From Eledone cirrhosa (Eukaryota), in NCBI GenBank assembly GCA_964016885.1, contig OZ024741.1, forward strand, positions 148,676,001-148,740,000: DNA of 64,000 nucleotides, read 5' to 3'. A program made the translations under genes and the position numbers. Under the pieces are notes generated by a model. That model had not been told where the DNA came from. It did no database searches and saw nothing but the letters and a program-made list of their open reading frames with translations. Positions 28,876 through 41,557 of the stretch are shown here, in pieces (positions within the stretch are counted from its first letter, which is position 1; the number at the start of each line of letters is the position of its first letter).

Positions 28876-29182
28876 GTATATATATATGTATATATATGTA
28901 TATATGTATATATATGTGTATATATGTATATATATATGTATATATATATATATGTATATATATGTGTATATATGTATATATATATATATGTATATATATG
29001 TGTATATATGTATATATATGTATATATATATATATATATGTATATATATGTATATATATATGTATATATGTATATATATGTATATATATGTATATATGTA
29101 TATATATGTATATATATATGTATATATGTATATATATGTATATATATATGTATATATGTATATATCTATATATGTATATATG

Positions 29183-29229
<47 letters not shown>

Positions 29230-29278
29230 ATATATATATGTATATATGTATATATGTATATGTATATATGTATATATG

Positions 29279-29313
<35 letters not shown>

Positions 29314-29548
29314 GTATATATGTATATATATATATGTATATATGTATATATGTATATGTATATATGTATATATGTATATGTATATATGTATATATATATA
29401 TGTATATATGTATATATGTATATATATGTATATATGTATATATATGTATATATGTATATATATGTGTATATATATATATGTATATATATATATGTATATA
29501 TATATATGTATGTATATATATGTATATATATATATATGTATATATGTG

Positions 29549-29582
<34 letters not shown>

Positions 29583-29586
29583 TGTG

Positions 29587-29673
<87 letters not shown>

Positions 29674-29710
29674 ATATATGTATATATATATGTATATGTA
29701 TATATATATA
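28597..29710. repeat. (TA)n/(TATG)n microsatellite
   Basis: Seen directly in the sequence. Confidence 0.97.
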
Positions 29711-30190
29711 AATTGAAACAAAATGAAAACGAAATTTCATTTCTCACTCTTAGTATGTCACTTACTTAAATGTAAGTATGCATGTATACGTACATACATA
29801 TATGTATACAGACGTACAGTAGCATACACATATATATATATATATATACATATATATATACATATGCATACAGGTACACATACATATATGCACGTATCAG
29901 TTTAGCGGCGCTTATTATAACGTCGCTTTGTTCGTTTGTAAACAAACTGAACTTCCTGAATTTATGCCATACGGTGTTAAGGCAACCACGTCACCTTTTT
30001 GTTCAACACTGACACAGGAACGATGTACTAGTTTCAAGCGACGTTATAATAAGCGCCGCTAAACTGATACGTGCATATATGTATGTGTACCTGTATGCAT
30101 ATGTATATATATATGTATATATATATATATATATGTGCATGCTACTGTACGTCTGTATACATATATGTATGTACGTATACATGCACACTT
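29711..30190 (-). mobile_element. Second copy of the 1055-1660 PLE pseudo-LTR family with a fold-back inversion
   Basis: 29725-30039 matches the first copy; 30036-30190 is the reverse complement of ~29772-29928. Confidence 0.8.
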
Positions 30191-30511
30191 ATATATATAT
30201 ATATATATATATATGTGTATATGTATATATATATATATATGTATATGTATATATATGTATATGTATATATATGTATATGTATATATATGTATATGTATAT
30301 ATATATATATGTATATGTATATATATGTATATGTATATATATATGTATATGTATATATATATATATGTATATATATGTATATATATATATACATATATAT
30401 ATATATGTATATATATATATACACATATGTATATATATATGTATATATACACATATATGTATATATAAATGTATATATATATATATATATAGAATAATGA
30501 AAAGCGAAGTA

Positions 30512-30730
30512 GTAAAGTGGACGTGTAGGCGCCACGAAAAAGCACCCAGCACTCACTGTAAATGAGGTTGGTGTTAGGAAGGGCATCCAGCTGTAGAAAT
30601 CAAGCCAGATCAGTTCCTGTATGAGCAAGGCATGGTCAGCCGACCAGACACTGCCCACAACAGTACAACCCGTCTAACCCATGCTAGCGTGGAAGAACGG
30701 ACGTAAAACGGTGATGATGATGATGATGAT
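30512..30730 (+). mobile_element. RTE family B 3' tail fragment
   Basis: Reverse complement of 22496-22715. Confidence 0.88.
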
Positions 30731-30733
30731 ATG

Positions 30734-30821
<88 letters not shown>

Positions 30822-30822
30822 C

Positions 30823-30919
<97 letters not shown>

Positions 30920-30929
30920 TATATACATA

Positions 30930-30983
<54 letters not shown>

Positions 30984-30993
30984 CATATATATG

Positions 30994-31027
<34 letters not shown>

Positions 31028-31200
31028 CATATATATGTATATATATATATATATGTATACATAGATATATACATATATATGTATATATATATATATATGT
31101 ATACATAGATATATACATATATATGTATATATATATGTATACATAGATATATACATATATATGTATATATATATATATATGTATACATAGATATATACAC

Positions 31201-31253
<53 letters not shown>

Positions 31254-31277
31254 CATATATATGTATACATATATATC

Positions 31278-31315
<38 letters not shown>

Positions 31316-31316
31316 C

Positions 31317-31393
<77 letters not shown>

Positions 31394-31521
31394 CATATAT
31401 ATACATATATACATATATATGTATACATATATATGTATACATATATATGTATACATATATATATATACATATATATGTATACATATATATATATATATAC
31501 ATATATATGTATACATATATG

Positions 31522-31555
<34 letters not shown>

Positions 31556-31572
31556 CATATATATGTATATAT

Positions 31573-32368
31573 GGTGGCTGCCAACTCGTTTTCGAGTACG
31601 GCCACTAATTTATATCCATGTATGAGAACCTTTACCGATGCGCTGAACGAGTGACAATTATGACACTTGTGACAATTATTGACACATAGTGCTGGGCCCT
31701 TGGTACCATGTGACGACAATTGCAGAGAGATCTCCACATATAAAGCAATGCCTGTGCCATGAAGCTTTTATAGTGAGCAAAGGCACTATACAAAGCCAGT
31801 CCCACTCTCTTAACCAAGATGATATTTACCAAAAAGAAGAACAGGTCAACATCATTGGATACCATCAGGGTTGCAGGTGTTATATCAGAGCCTTCCTTCT
31901 TGTTCTCACTGTATCTCATTCTCCTAGAATTCTGCCTTGACAAAGGGTAAGGAGTCATCTCTCCCGGTGATTTTGGATGGCCATTGACTCTTAAGAGCTC
32001 CTTTGCCCTTTGACAGGTTTTGTATTTAGTCCTGCAGGATGTCCAAAGTCACCCTCCTCACCAAGAAACCTTGGTGGGGTTGCCAGTTTAGTCGCCAATG
32101 ACCCGACCATGGGACATACTGGAATACATGCTCCCAGTAGCACCAACTGGTGACCTGAATATATATATATGAATATATATACATATACATATATATACAC
32201 ACACACATGCACACATATATATATATATACACACACACATGGTGGCTGCCAACTCGTTTTCGAGTACGGCCACTACTTTATATCCATGTAGGAGAACTCC
32301 TACCGATGCGCTGAACAAGTGTGACTTTTTAGTCCAGCCAGCGACTTGAAAACTCTGGTACAAACAGA
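31573..32368 (+). mobile_element. Two GGTGGCTGCC-terminus family copies (31573-32157 with an internal inversion; 32241-32368)
   Basis: Homologous to 7481-7912. Segment ~31863-32157 is inverted relative to that copy. Confidence 0.75.
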
Positions 32369-32387
32369 TATATATACATATATATAC

Positions 32388-32469
<82 letters not shown>

Positions 32470-32472
<3 letters not shown>

Positions 32473-33300
32473 GTTAGTCTGCCGGTTATTATGTTGTGTA
32501 GAAGTCTGGATGGTAGCTGTAGGATTATGGTTATGAGGGTTGTCGTTCCCAGTGTTATTGCTTAAACTAATGTAGTCTACCCACAGAACCTGTCAGGGTT
32601 TTATTAGAACCACGTCTATTTACAAAGTTCATTGATTTGGAGATCTGACTCTTCATGTGGAATATTTAGTTGTGGCGCTCTATGATAGAGGGTAATCATC
32701 CTAATATGGACACCTTTAGTACTTCTCGATAGACTAGACTGTAATTTAAAGATAGGATACTTAAATTTAGAAACTGTTTATAACCATATATGTTAGGGAC
32801 TCAATTGGGACACCGTTTTAATGTACATTGGAATAATAAATTTAGTTATAGAAATCAGCTAGTTACCTCCCCTAACGCATAACTCCCCTTAATCACACAC
32901 ACACTTCCGGAAAATAAAACGATGTTAATTCTCGCAACAAAAACAACCTGCTCTATAAAATTGGATTAAAGAACAAGCTGTAATAATCTAACCTAATACA
33001 TCAAGCTTCCAATACTGAATCATCGTGAATTATGTGAAGGACATATAATCTATATATTACGGTTCCTGTATTGTGAAAATGGTGGTGTATACGAAAACCA
33101 TAACATTATTTTGCTTCTCATTTTTAATATTTCTCTGCACACTAGCTTCTATATCGTACATAAAAAATACTTTACCAATACAACACCCATAATACTCTTG
33201 ATTGCCCGCTTAAAGTGCTTGTATTCCATATAACACCTTACCGCACTATAATCTTATATAAATAAGACAAGCGTGCATGCCCCACGTGTAACTATTGCAT
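32470..33300 (-). mobile_element. Possible highly decayed Penelope-like coding relic
   Basis: Minus-strand KIMLWFSYTPPFS (~33070-33115) resembles the PLE WFNPPFS motif; QLSP*HIW (~32780-32810) resembles TELSKHIW. Many stops. Confidence 0.35.
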
Positions 33301-33927
33301 ACACTAACTACTTCAAACTATCCTCTTGCATTATCTTCGTAAACTGCCGATGTTGTATTTTAATTTTCTTTTAATTTTCTTTTAATATGATTTTAATCTT
33401 TGAATGTAAATTGCCATGCTAAAATATTATAATGGATGTCAACCCACTGTGCATCGATATATACATATGTTTCTGTATGTCTCTTGTGTTGGAAAGGAGG
33501 TCATGTATGTAAACAATCATTAAAATGCGGACGAAACCATGGAAGAGGTAACTAAATATGTATACTTTTCTCCTAGTTTATTTTACACCTAATTCTGTTT
33601 AGTTGACTGTATATCTGGTCGATTTATACATGCTGTCGAAATATTCGATAAATACTCCGTCGCAACCGCCGCGAAGGGCTGCTTTCGGTTATTTGTCGGA
33701 GATTTCTTCATAGGAGCCATTATTCTTATAGCTTGGACTAATTGATTTTTTATATGGTTAATTATGCTAATTGGGAGATGAAACGCTATATACTTTATCT
33801 GGTGATTCTATAGACATGTTTTATGATATATAGCTCTGATTATTTAATTTATTAATTCTTCATTGAGCCACAAAGTGACCTGTTGCAAAACACATATATA
33901 TATACACATAAATATATATATACACAT

Positions 33928-33986
<59 letters not shown>

Positions 33987-34236
33987 TACACATACATATA
34001 CACACATATACATATATATACATACACACATATATATACACACATATACACATACATATATATACACATATACACACATATACATATATATACATACACA
34101 CATATATATACACACATATACATATATATATACACACATATACATATATATATACACACATATACATATATATATACATATATATATATACATACATATA
34201 TATATATATATATACACATATATATATATATATATA

Positions 34237-34570
34237 CATCATTTCATTTTACGTCCGCTTTTTCCCTGCTTGCAAGGGTAGGACGGGAACTGATGCTGGC
34301 TTGATTTCTACAGCTGGATGCCCTTCCTAACACCAACCTCATTTACAGTGAGTGCTGGGCGCTTTTTTGCCGTGGCACCTCCACGACCACTTTGCAGTGG
34401 AATGATAAGGACCTCAGTCCCTATCATCTCATTTCTACAGCTGAGTAAACTGGAGCAATGTGAAATAAAGTGTCTTGCTCAAGGAAACAACACATCACCC
34501 GGTCTGAGAATTGAACTCACAACCTTTCGATTGCAAGGCCAATGCTCTAACCACTAAGCCATGTGCCTCC
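34237..34570 (-). mobile_element. Full-length tRNA/CORE SINE, short tail
   Basis: ggaggcacaTGGCTTAGTGG..GAGTTCAATTC head, CORE-like body, tail shared with RTE family B. Confidence 0.9.
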
Positions 34571-34792
34571 ATATACATATGTATATATATATATACACAT
34601 ATATAAATCTATATATATATATATATATATACACATATAGATACATATACATATATATATACACATATACATATATATATACACATATATAAATCTATAT
34701 ATATATATATATATATACACATATATATATATACATATACATATATATATACACATATATAAATCTATATATATATATATATATATATACAC

Positions 34793-36870
34793 ATCATCAT
34801 CATCATCATCATCAACGTTTAACGTCCGTGTTCCACGCTTGCATGGGTTTGGACGGGGGTAGTCCCACTTGAGGCAAGAGTGATTGTCTTGCTCGCATAG
34901 GACTGTCTGGCAGGTTTTCTACAGTTGGATGCCCTTCCTAACACCAACCTCATTTACAGTGAGTGCTGGGTGCTTTTTCGTGGCGCCTACACGTCCACTT
35001 TACAGTGTGGGCTGGGTGCTTTTTTGCCGTGGCACCTCCACGACCACCTTGCGGTGGGGGGTGTGGGGGCATATTGTTTATATGCTTCAGCATGTACCCA
35101 TGGGAGGTCGGGTACTCTATATTACTGCGTGACGCCAGAAGTCACGGTCGTGTGTCATTGTCTTTGAGAGGTGTAGTTGGGTAAGGTCGGCTTTTATCAC
35201 CTCATCCCAGGTCATCTTGGGTCTCCCCACTCCACGGTTTCCATCAACTTCTAGTGCTCTGCACCTTTTTATGCAGCTGTCATCCTTCATACGCATCACA
35301 TGTCCATACCAGCGCAACCGCCTCTCCTGCACACAGCATTTGATTCCTCTTATGCTCAGTCTCTCAATTCATTTATGCTTTGTCGTTCACGTATATTACT
35401 GTTACACATCCATCGGAGCATGCAGGCTTCGTTTCTCTCTAATCTACGTAAGTCTTCCACCTTCAGCGCCCAGGTCTCACTACCATGCAACATCGCTGTT
35501 CGGATACACGCATCATACAGTCTGCCTTTCATTCTGAGGGAGAAGCCTTTTGCAGCTAGCAGTGGTAGTAGTTCCCTAAACTTCTTCCATCCCGTTCTTA
35601 CCCTAGTTATTGTACTTTCTGAACACCCACCTCCGTTGCTAATTCGGTCACCTAGGTAGCAGAAGCTGTCTACTGTTTCTACAGGGCCCTCCCAGAGATT
35701 GTGGTACTTGTTTCCTGTGGCTGTTTGCTGCTTGCTGTTTCAGCACAGCTGCTGCATGTGAATCCTACATTCTTAATTAAGCTTCCTGAGATCCCGCTAC
35801 ATCTCTTGTGTACCCATTGTTTGCATTTGGGGCAGAGAATGGAGTTCCTACCTACACCTTTCCTACATACTGAGCAAGGCCATTTTCCTGAGGGGATCTG
35901 GGTTCTGTTTTCTCGTCTACTTACAAGGACCTTAGTCTTTGTCATGTTGACTTTGAGACCCTTTCTTTCTAGTCCCTGCTTCCAGGTTTGGAATTTATTC
36001 TCTAGTTCTACCATACATTCAGCTATGAGTGCGAGGTCATCAGCATACAGGAGTTCCCATGGGCATCCGGTCTTAAACTCCTCCGTTATTGCCTGCAGGA
36101 CTATGATGAACAGGAGAGGGCTAAGAACAGAGCCCTGGTGGACCCCAACCTGTACGCTAAATTCCTCGCTATACTCATTGCTAATCCTAACTTTGCTGAC
36201 TGCTCCCCTATACATGGCTTGTACCGCTTTCACAAGCCATTCATCTACTCCTAGTTTTCTAAGAGCCCACCAGATTACCGCACGTGGAACTCTGTCAAAG
36301 GCTTTCTCAAGGTCGACAAATGCCAAGTAGAGTGGCTTACTTTTAGCTAGGTACTTTTCCTGTAATTGCCTCACAAGGAAGAGGGCATCAGTGGTGCCTC
36401 TTCCTGGTACAAACCCAAATTGCATCTCGTCTATTTTCACCCGGTCCCTAATCAGCTGTGCTATAACTCTTTCTGTTACTTTCATGACCTGGTCCATCAA
36501 CTTTATACCTCTATAGTTTCCTCTATCTAGTGCATCGCCTTTACCTTTGTAGCAGTTGACAATGATGCTACTGCACCAATCTTTTGGTATGGCTCCTTCT
36601 AGTATTACCTGGTTAACGATACGTGTGGTTATAGTGTGACCTACAGACCCAGATGCCTTCAGCATCTCGGCAGCTATTCCCGATGGACCGGTTGCCTTCC
36701 CCATCTTCATATCTCTGATTGCCTTACTTACTACGCTGCCGCTGACTTGTACTGCTGGTCCCTCTATAGGGTCTACTTGCGGTAGGGTCTCTTCTTCCCA
36801 TGCATTCTCCTCATTTAGTAATCTATCATAATGACTCTTCCATGCATCTTTCTTCTCAGCACTTGTGAGG
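34793..36870 (-). mobile_element. RTE LINE with a family B body and a family A terminal tail (chimera), frameshifted
   Basis: ORF 35679-36710 is almost identical to the 22804 ORF; 34793-34925 is family A tail sequence. Confidence 0.93.
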
Positions 36871-36961
36871 ATATATATATATATGTATGTGTATATGTAT
36901 ATATATATGTGTATATATATATATATTTATGCATATATGTGTATATGTATATATATATGTG

Positions 36962-37014
<53 letters not shown>

Positions 37015-37037
37015 ATACAAGTGTATATATATATATA

Positions 37038-38486
37038 GGAAGGAGGTAGTAGAGTGGAGGCCAAAAACTATAGGCCAGTCTCCCTGTCACATATCAGTAA
37101 GGTCATGGAGCGAATCATCAGAAAGAAACTGATCACTTTCCTCGGGGAAAATGGAAAATGACCGCCTGACTAGCACAAAGCATGGCTTTCGCCCAGGAAG
37201 AAGCTGCCACATCAGTAAGACTGGTTACTGAAACAACTGCTAGACAGTTCGCATGTGGACATGATATATCTTGACTTTGCGAAGGCCTTTGAGAAGGTCG
37301 ACCACGGAATATGTCACAAACTACATGGACTAGGCATAACTGGAAAAGTAGGTGAGTGGCTGCATGGCTTCTTAAAGGACAGAAGCCAGACAATCGCAGA
37401 AAACGGGGCCCTCTGAAAGGAAACATCAATAACATGTGGGGTGCCCCATGGCACAGTCCTTGGATCACTACTGATTTTGGTGGCTCTCTCAGACATGCCC
37501 TCTGTAGTACATACAACAACATCCCTCACTAGCTATGCTGATGACACTAAGGTAGCACAAGCAATCAAAAACCCGACTGACGCTGCCCTTTTACAACAAG
37601 ATCTGGATGCCATATACAAATGGGCAGAAGACAACAACATGCAGTTTAATGCTGGTAAATTCCAAGCCCTGCAATACAAACCTGCAAACACAAATACAGT
37701 ACAACACAGTTACGCTGGACCAGGAGGGACCGATATCCCCGTGTCGAAATCGTTATGAGACCTGGGTATAGACATGAGCGATGATGCATCTTTTTCCTCA
37801 CACATGATGAAAGTGGTGACAATGTGCAGACGACTAGCTGGCTGGATCTTGAGAACTTTCCGGACAAGAGACCGAGACACTATGTTGACACTATGGAGGA
37901 CATTTGTCCTAAGCCGCCTGGACTATTGCTCCCAGTTGTGGTCACCCCATAGTGTCAAACTAACCACGGAGCTTGAAGCAATCCAGCGAAGCTACACCAA
38001 GAGGATTGTGATGATGGAGATAAGCTACTTGGAGAGGCTAAAAGAACTGAACCTCTACTCCTTGTAATGAAGACGGGAGAGATACGCAGTGATCTACATG
38101 TGGAAAATCCTGGAGGGACTAGCACCAAACTTGGGCATTGGGAGCTGGACCAAAGGTCCCGTTTTCCACATCTAGAATATGGAGCAGATATTGCAATAGT
38201 CTGGGGTTCAAGGGCCCTTGGCTCTTCAACAGGCTGCCGAGGGACCTGAGAGATCTGCATGGTCTGGATGTGGATGTCTTCAAGAAACATTTTGACACCT
38301 TGCTATCCAGGATCCCGCATGAACCCACAGCAAGGCATGAGGGAAACCTAAGGGCAGCAGCAATGAACTCTCTCTTGCACCAGTGGCCAACCAACACAGG
38401 CTGGAGATAAAATGTGTAGCAACAAGGGCGGTGCCCCAGCATGGCCTCAGCCAGATGGCTGGAACAGGTAAAAGAGTAAAAGAGTC
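37038..38486 (+). mobile_element. CR1-group LINE, 5'-truncated and disrupted
   Basis: HGFRPGR, DMIYLDFAKAF, GVPHGTVLG, SYADDTK, WAEDNNMQFNAGK, RLDYCSQLWSP; tail gtaaaaga-gtaaaaga. Confidence 0.9.
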
Positions 38487-38573
38487 TTACCTCTATAGAC
38501 TATCCAGGTAAAACTTGAACCGTTAAGGGTTCATTCCTAGATATGTCAATATTTATAAAACAAGCTCTGGATT

Positions 38574-38625
38574 TTATCTGATGAGCGCGTACCAAAGTTT
38601 TGGTACCCTTGAAATATATATAATA
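38574..38625 (+). ncRNA. Degenerate PLE-type hammerhead
   Basis: CTGATGA (38578-38584), gtaccaaa/tttggtac stem II, GAAA (38611), tatata, downstream aataaa. Stem I and the base of stem II are imperfect. Confidence 0.5.
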
Positions 38626-39090
38626 GAATAAATATGGTTTTATAAATATAGTTTCCATTTATTAATATCATTGATATATATATATATATATGTGTAACCT
38701 CGCAATCTTGAGGTTGTGAGTTTGATTCCTGGAGCAAGACACTTTATTTCACGTTGCTCCTTCTACCTGGAGTTGTGACTGATAGATAGTACTAGCAACC
38801 GATTTGACGAAAGTCGATTGATCCTATATATATATATATATACCACCACCCCACTCTCAAGAGCGTGAAATTAATAAACATTTGTTGTACTGCCTCTCTG
38901 TTTTGTTCCCGTTCAATTTTTCATTATATATATATATATATATATATATAATGTCTATATAATACCTTAACACTTCACACAAAGTAAAACATCATTTCGT
39001 TTTAATCATTTTCTGACCCAGAAAAAAGAGAGAAACAAAAAAGGAAAAAAAAAAAATGTTTCTTCCTAATAATCGTCTCTTTCTGCCTGT

Positions 39091-39153
<63 letters not shown>

Positions 39154-39865
39154 CACATATATACACACATAAAAGATAGAGGTGTGACACACGAGTTGTA
39201 ATATATTAGTAAAAAGGAAAAGAAAATGCTGACAAATTTTTCCCAGTGAAAAATAGTTTAATTAGGAATAAGTATAAATTAGTAATAAGTATTAGTTAGT
39301 ATTCAGTTTTAGTTTAAGTTATGACCGGTTGCTCATTTTTAATGCTTTTCAAAAATAATTTTGAGATAGAGCGCTCATGATTTTTGCTCTAATCTGATCA
39401 GTTTTGGAAAATCTTCCTGTTTTATGCGAAAAAAGTGGCTCCAGAGGTATTAAGATTTGGTTGTTTGTTGAATGTCACGTGAATAAGCACTATAAATTTC
39501 GCGTCAATTCGTGTTGCAAAAATTCTTGTAGTCCAAACAATTTTGATTGGTCACGTGTGCTTTAATTTTTTAATTTATTTATCTTTTTGTATTATTATTT
39601 TTCTTTTACTTTATTATTATTATATTTTTTAACTATCGTTAAATGCTTTATTTGTTTCTGTGTGCCCTCATGTGCCTCCACCTCTTGTGAGAAAATCTGC
39701 CTATATCCTCATATGTAGCTGTAATGTTGAATAACAACCCCATTACGCACTCTCTCCATCCTTTCCATTTCCGACCTCCCCATTATTATCCTGTACTGTA
39801 TATCTAATGTTTGTGTGACTAAGCTTCGTAGAGCTTGTATTCAGCACTATATTTTTGTTTATAAA

Positions 39866-39910
39866 GCTCTGATGATTCCTGCCCCATGGTATGGATGAAA
39901 CATTGTCAGC
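39866..39910 (+). ncRNA. Minimal PLE-type hammerhead
   Basis: gct CTGATGA t tcc tgcc ccat ggta t gga t GAAA c att g TC agc, followed by aataaa; GUC triplet. Confidence 0.7.
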
Positions 39911-40150
39911 AAATAAAAATTGTATGAGTATGTTGGCGTTCTTTGATATCTTTTACATATAATGGATCTGTTCTTGTACATTGAGCTAATACAATACTGT
40001 CACAAATACGACACGGTGCAGGTGCGTTTATGCACATACGCTCCGTTGTCTACGTAAATATATATATATATATATGTATGTATATATATATATGTGTATG
40101 TATGTATATATGCATGTATATATATGTATATATGCATGTATATATATATG

Positions 40151-40754
40151 AGAGGGCTCTGCAGAACAGCTTCTGCTACCTAGGTGACCGAATTAGCAGT
40201 GGAAGTGGGTGTTCGGAAAGTACAATAAATAGGGTAAGAACGGGATGGAAGAAGTTCAGGGAAATACTGCCACTGCTAGCTGCAATGAGGGGCTGAGTGT
40301 ATGATACGTGTATACGAACAGCAATGTTACATGGTAGTGAGACCTGGTCGCTGTCTGTAGAAGACTTGTGTAGATTAGAAAGAAATGAAGCCTGCATGCT
40401 CCGATGGATGTGTAATAGTAATATACGCGAATGGCAAAGCATAAACGAATTGAGAGAGAGACTGAGCATAAGAGGAATCAAATGCGGTGTGCAGGAGAGG
40501 AGGTTGTGTTGGTATGGACCTGTGATGCGTATGAAGGATGACAGGTGCATAAAAAGATGCAGAGCACTAGAAGTCGATGGAAGCCGCGGAGTGGGGAGAC
40601 CCAAGAAGACCTGCGATTAGGTGATAAAAGCTGACCGTACCAAACTTTAAGGCATTTTTATTCTAGGCCATGCTTCCATGTTTGGAATTTCTTCTAGTTC
40701 AGCGATAGATTCAGCTATGAGAGTTAGAAGTTCCCATGAGCAGCCAGTCTTAAA

Positions 40755-40755
<1 letters not shown>
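40151..40755. mobile_element. RTE fragments: family B-like C-terminus on + (40151-40645) and an RT fragment on - (40648-40755)
   Basis: [23 protein letters not shown] on +; FKTGCSWELL..LIAES on -. Confidence 0.85.
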
Positions 40756-40803
<48 letters not shown>

Positions 40804-40806
<3 letters not shown>

Positions 40807-40919
40807 GGAAAAAGTATGACCACGACGGCAGAGCTCAAGCCGTTTCAATGGCTATTTCTGGACTGAAATAGCTGCCGAAACGGCTTGAGCTCTGCCGTCG
40901 GGGTCATACTTTTTCCTAT
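40804..40919. repeat. 116-bp hairpin containing the 3' half of a hammerhead-like motif
   Basis: ataggaaaaagtatgacc.cgacggcagagctcaagccgtttc is mirrored around gctatttc-tggact-gaaatagc. Confidence 0.85.
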
Positions 40920-41102
40920 TTCCCACTCTACTACCCTAAGTATTGAGTACTCTGGTGCATATGGTCCATCTGGTTCCTTACCACAATTCCTTTGTTATAT
41001 GTATATATATATATGTGTATATATATATATGTATTTATATGTGTATGTATATATATACACACATATATATATGTATATATATATGCATATATATGTGTGT
41101 AT

Positions 41103-41542
41103 ATCATCATTATCACCGTTTTACGTCCGTTCTTCCACACTAGCATGTTTTAGACGGGTTGTCTTGTTGTGAGCAGTGTCAGGTCGGCTCACCTTGTCTT
41201 GCTCATACGGGAACTGATTCTGGCTTGATTTTTACAGCTGGATGCCCCTCCTAACACCAACCTCATTACAGTGAGTACTGGGTGCTTTTTTTACCATGGC
41301 ACCTATACGTCCACTTTGCAGTGTGGGCTGCATGCCTTTTTGCTGTGGCACCTCCACGACCACTTTGCAGTGGAATGATAGGGACTCTAGCCCTATCATC
41401 TCATTTCTACAGCTGATTAAACTGGAGCAATGGAAAATAAAGTGTCTTGCTCAAGGAAACAACACATCACCTGGTCCGAGAATCGAACTCACAACCTTTC
41501 GATAGCAAGCCAAATGCTCTAACCACTAAGCCATGCGCCTTC
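41103..41542 (-). mobile_element. Full-length tRNA/CORE SINE with the long family-B tail
   Basis: Reverse-complement homologue of 63483-63931. Confidence 0.9.
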
Positions 41543-41557
41543 ATGTATATGTATATG

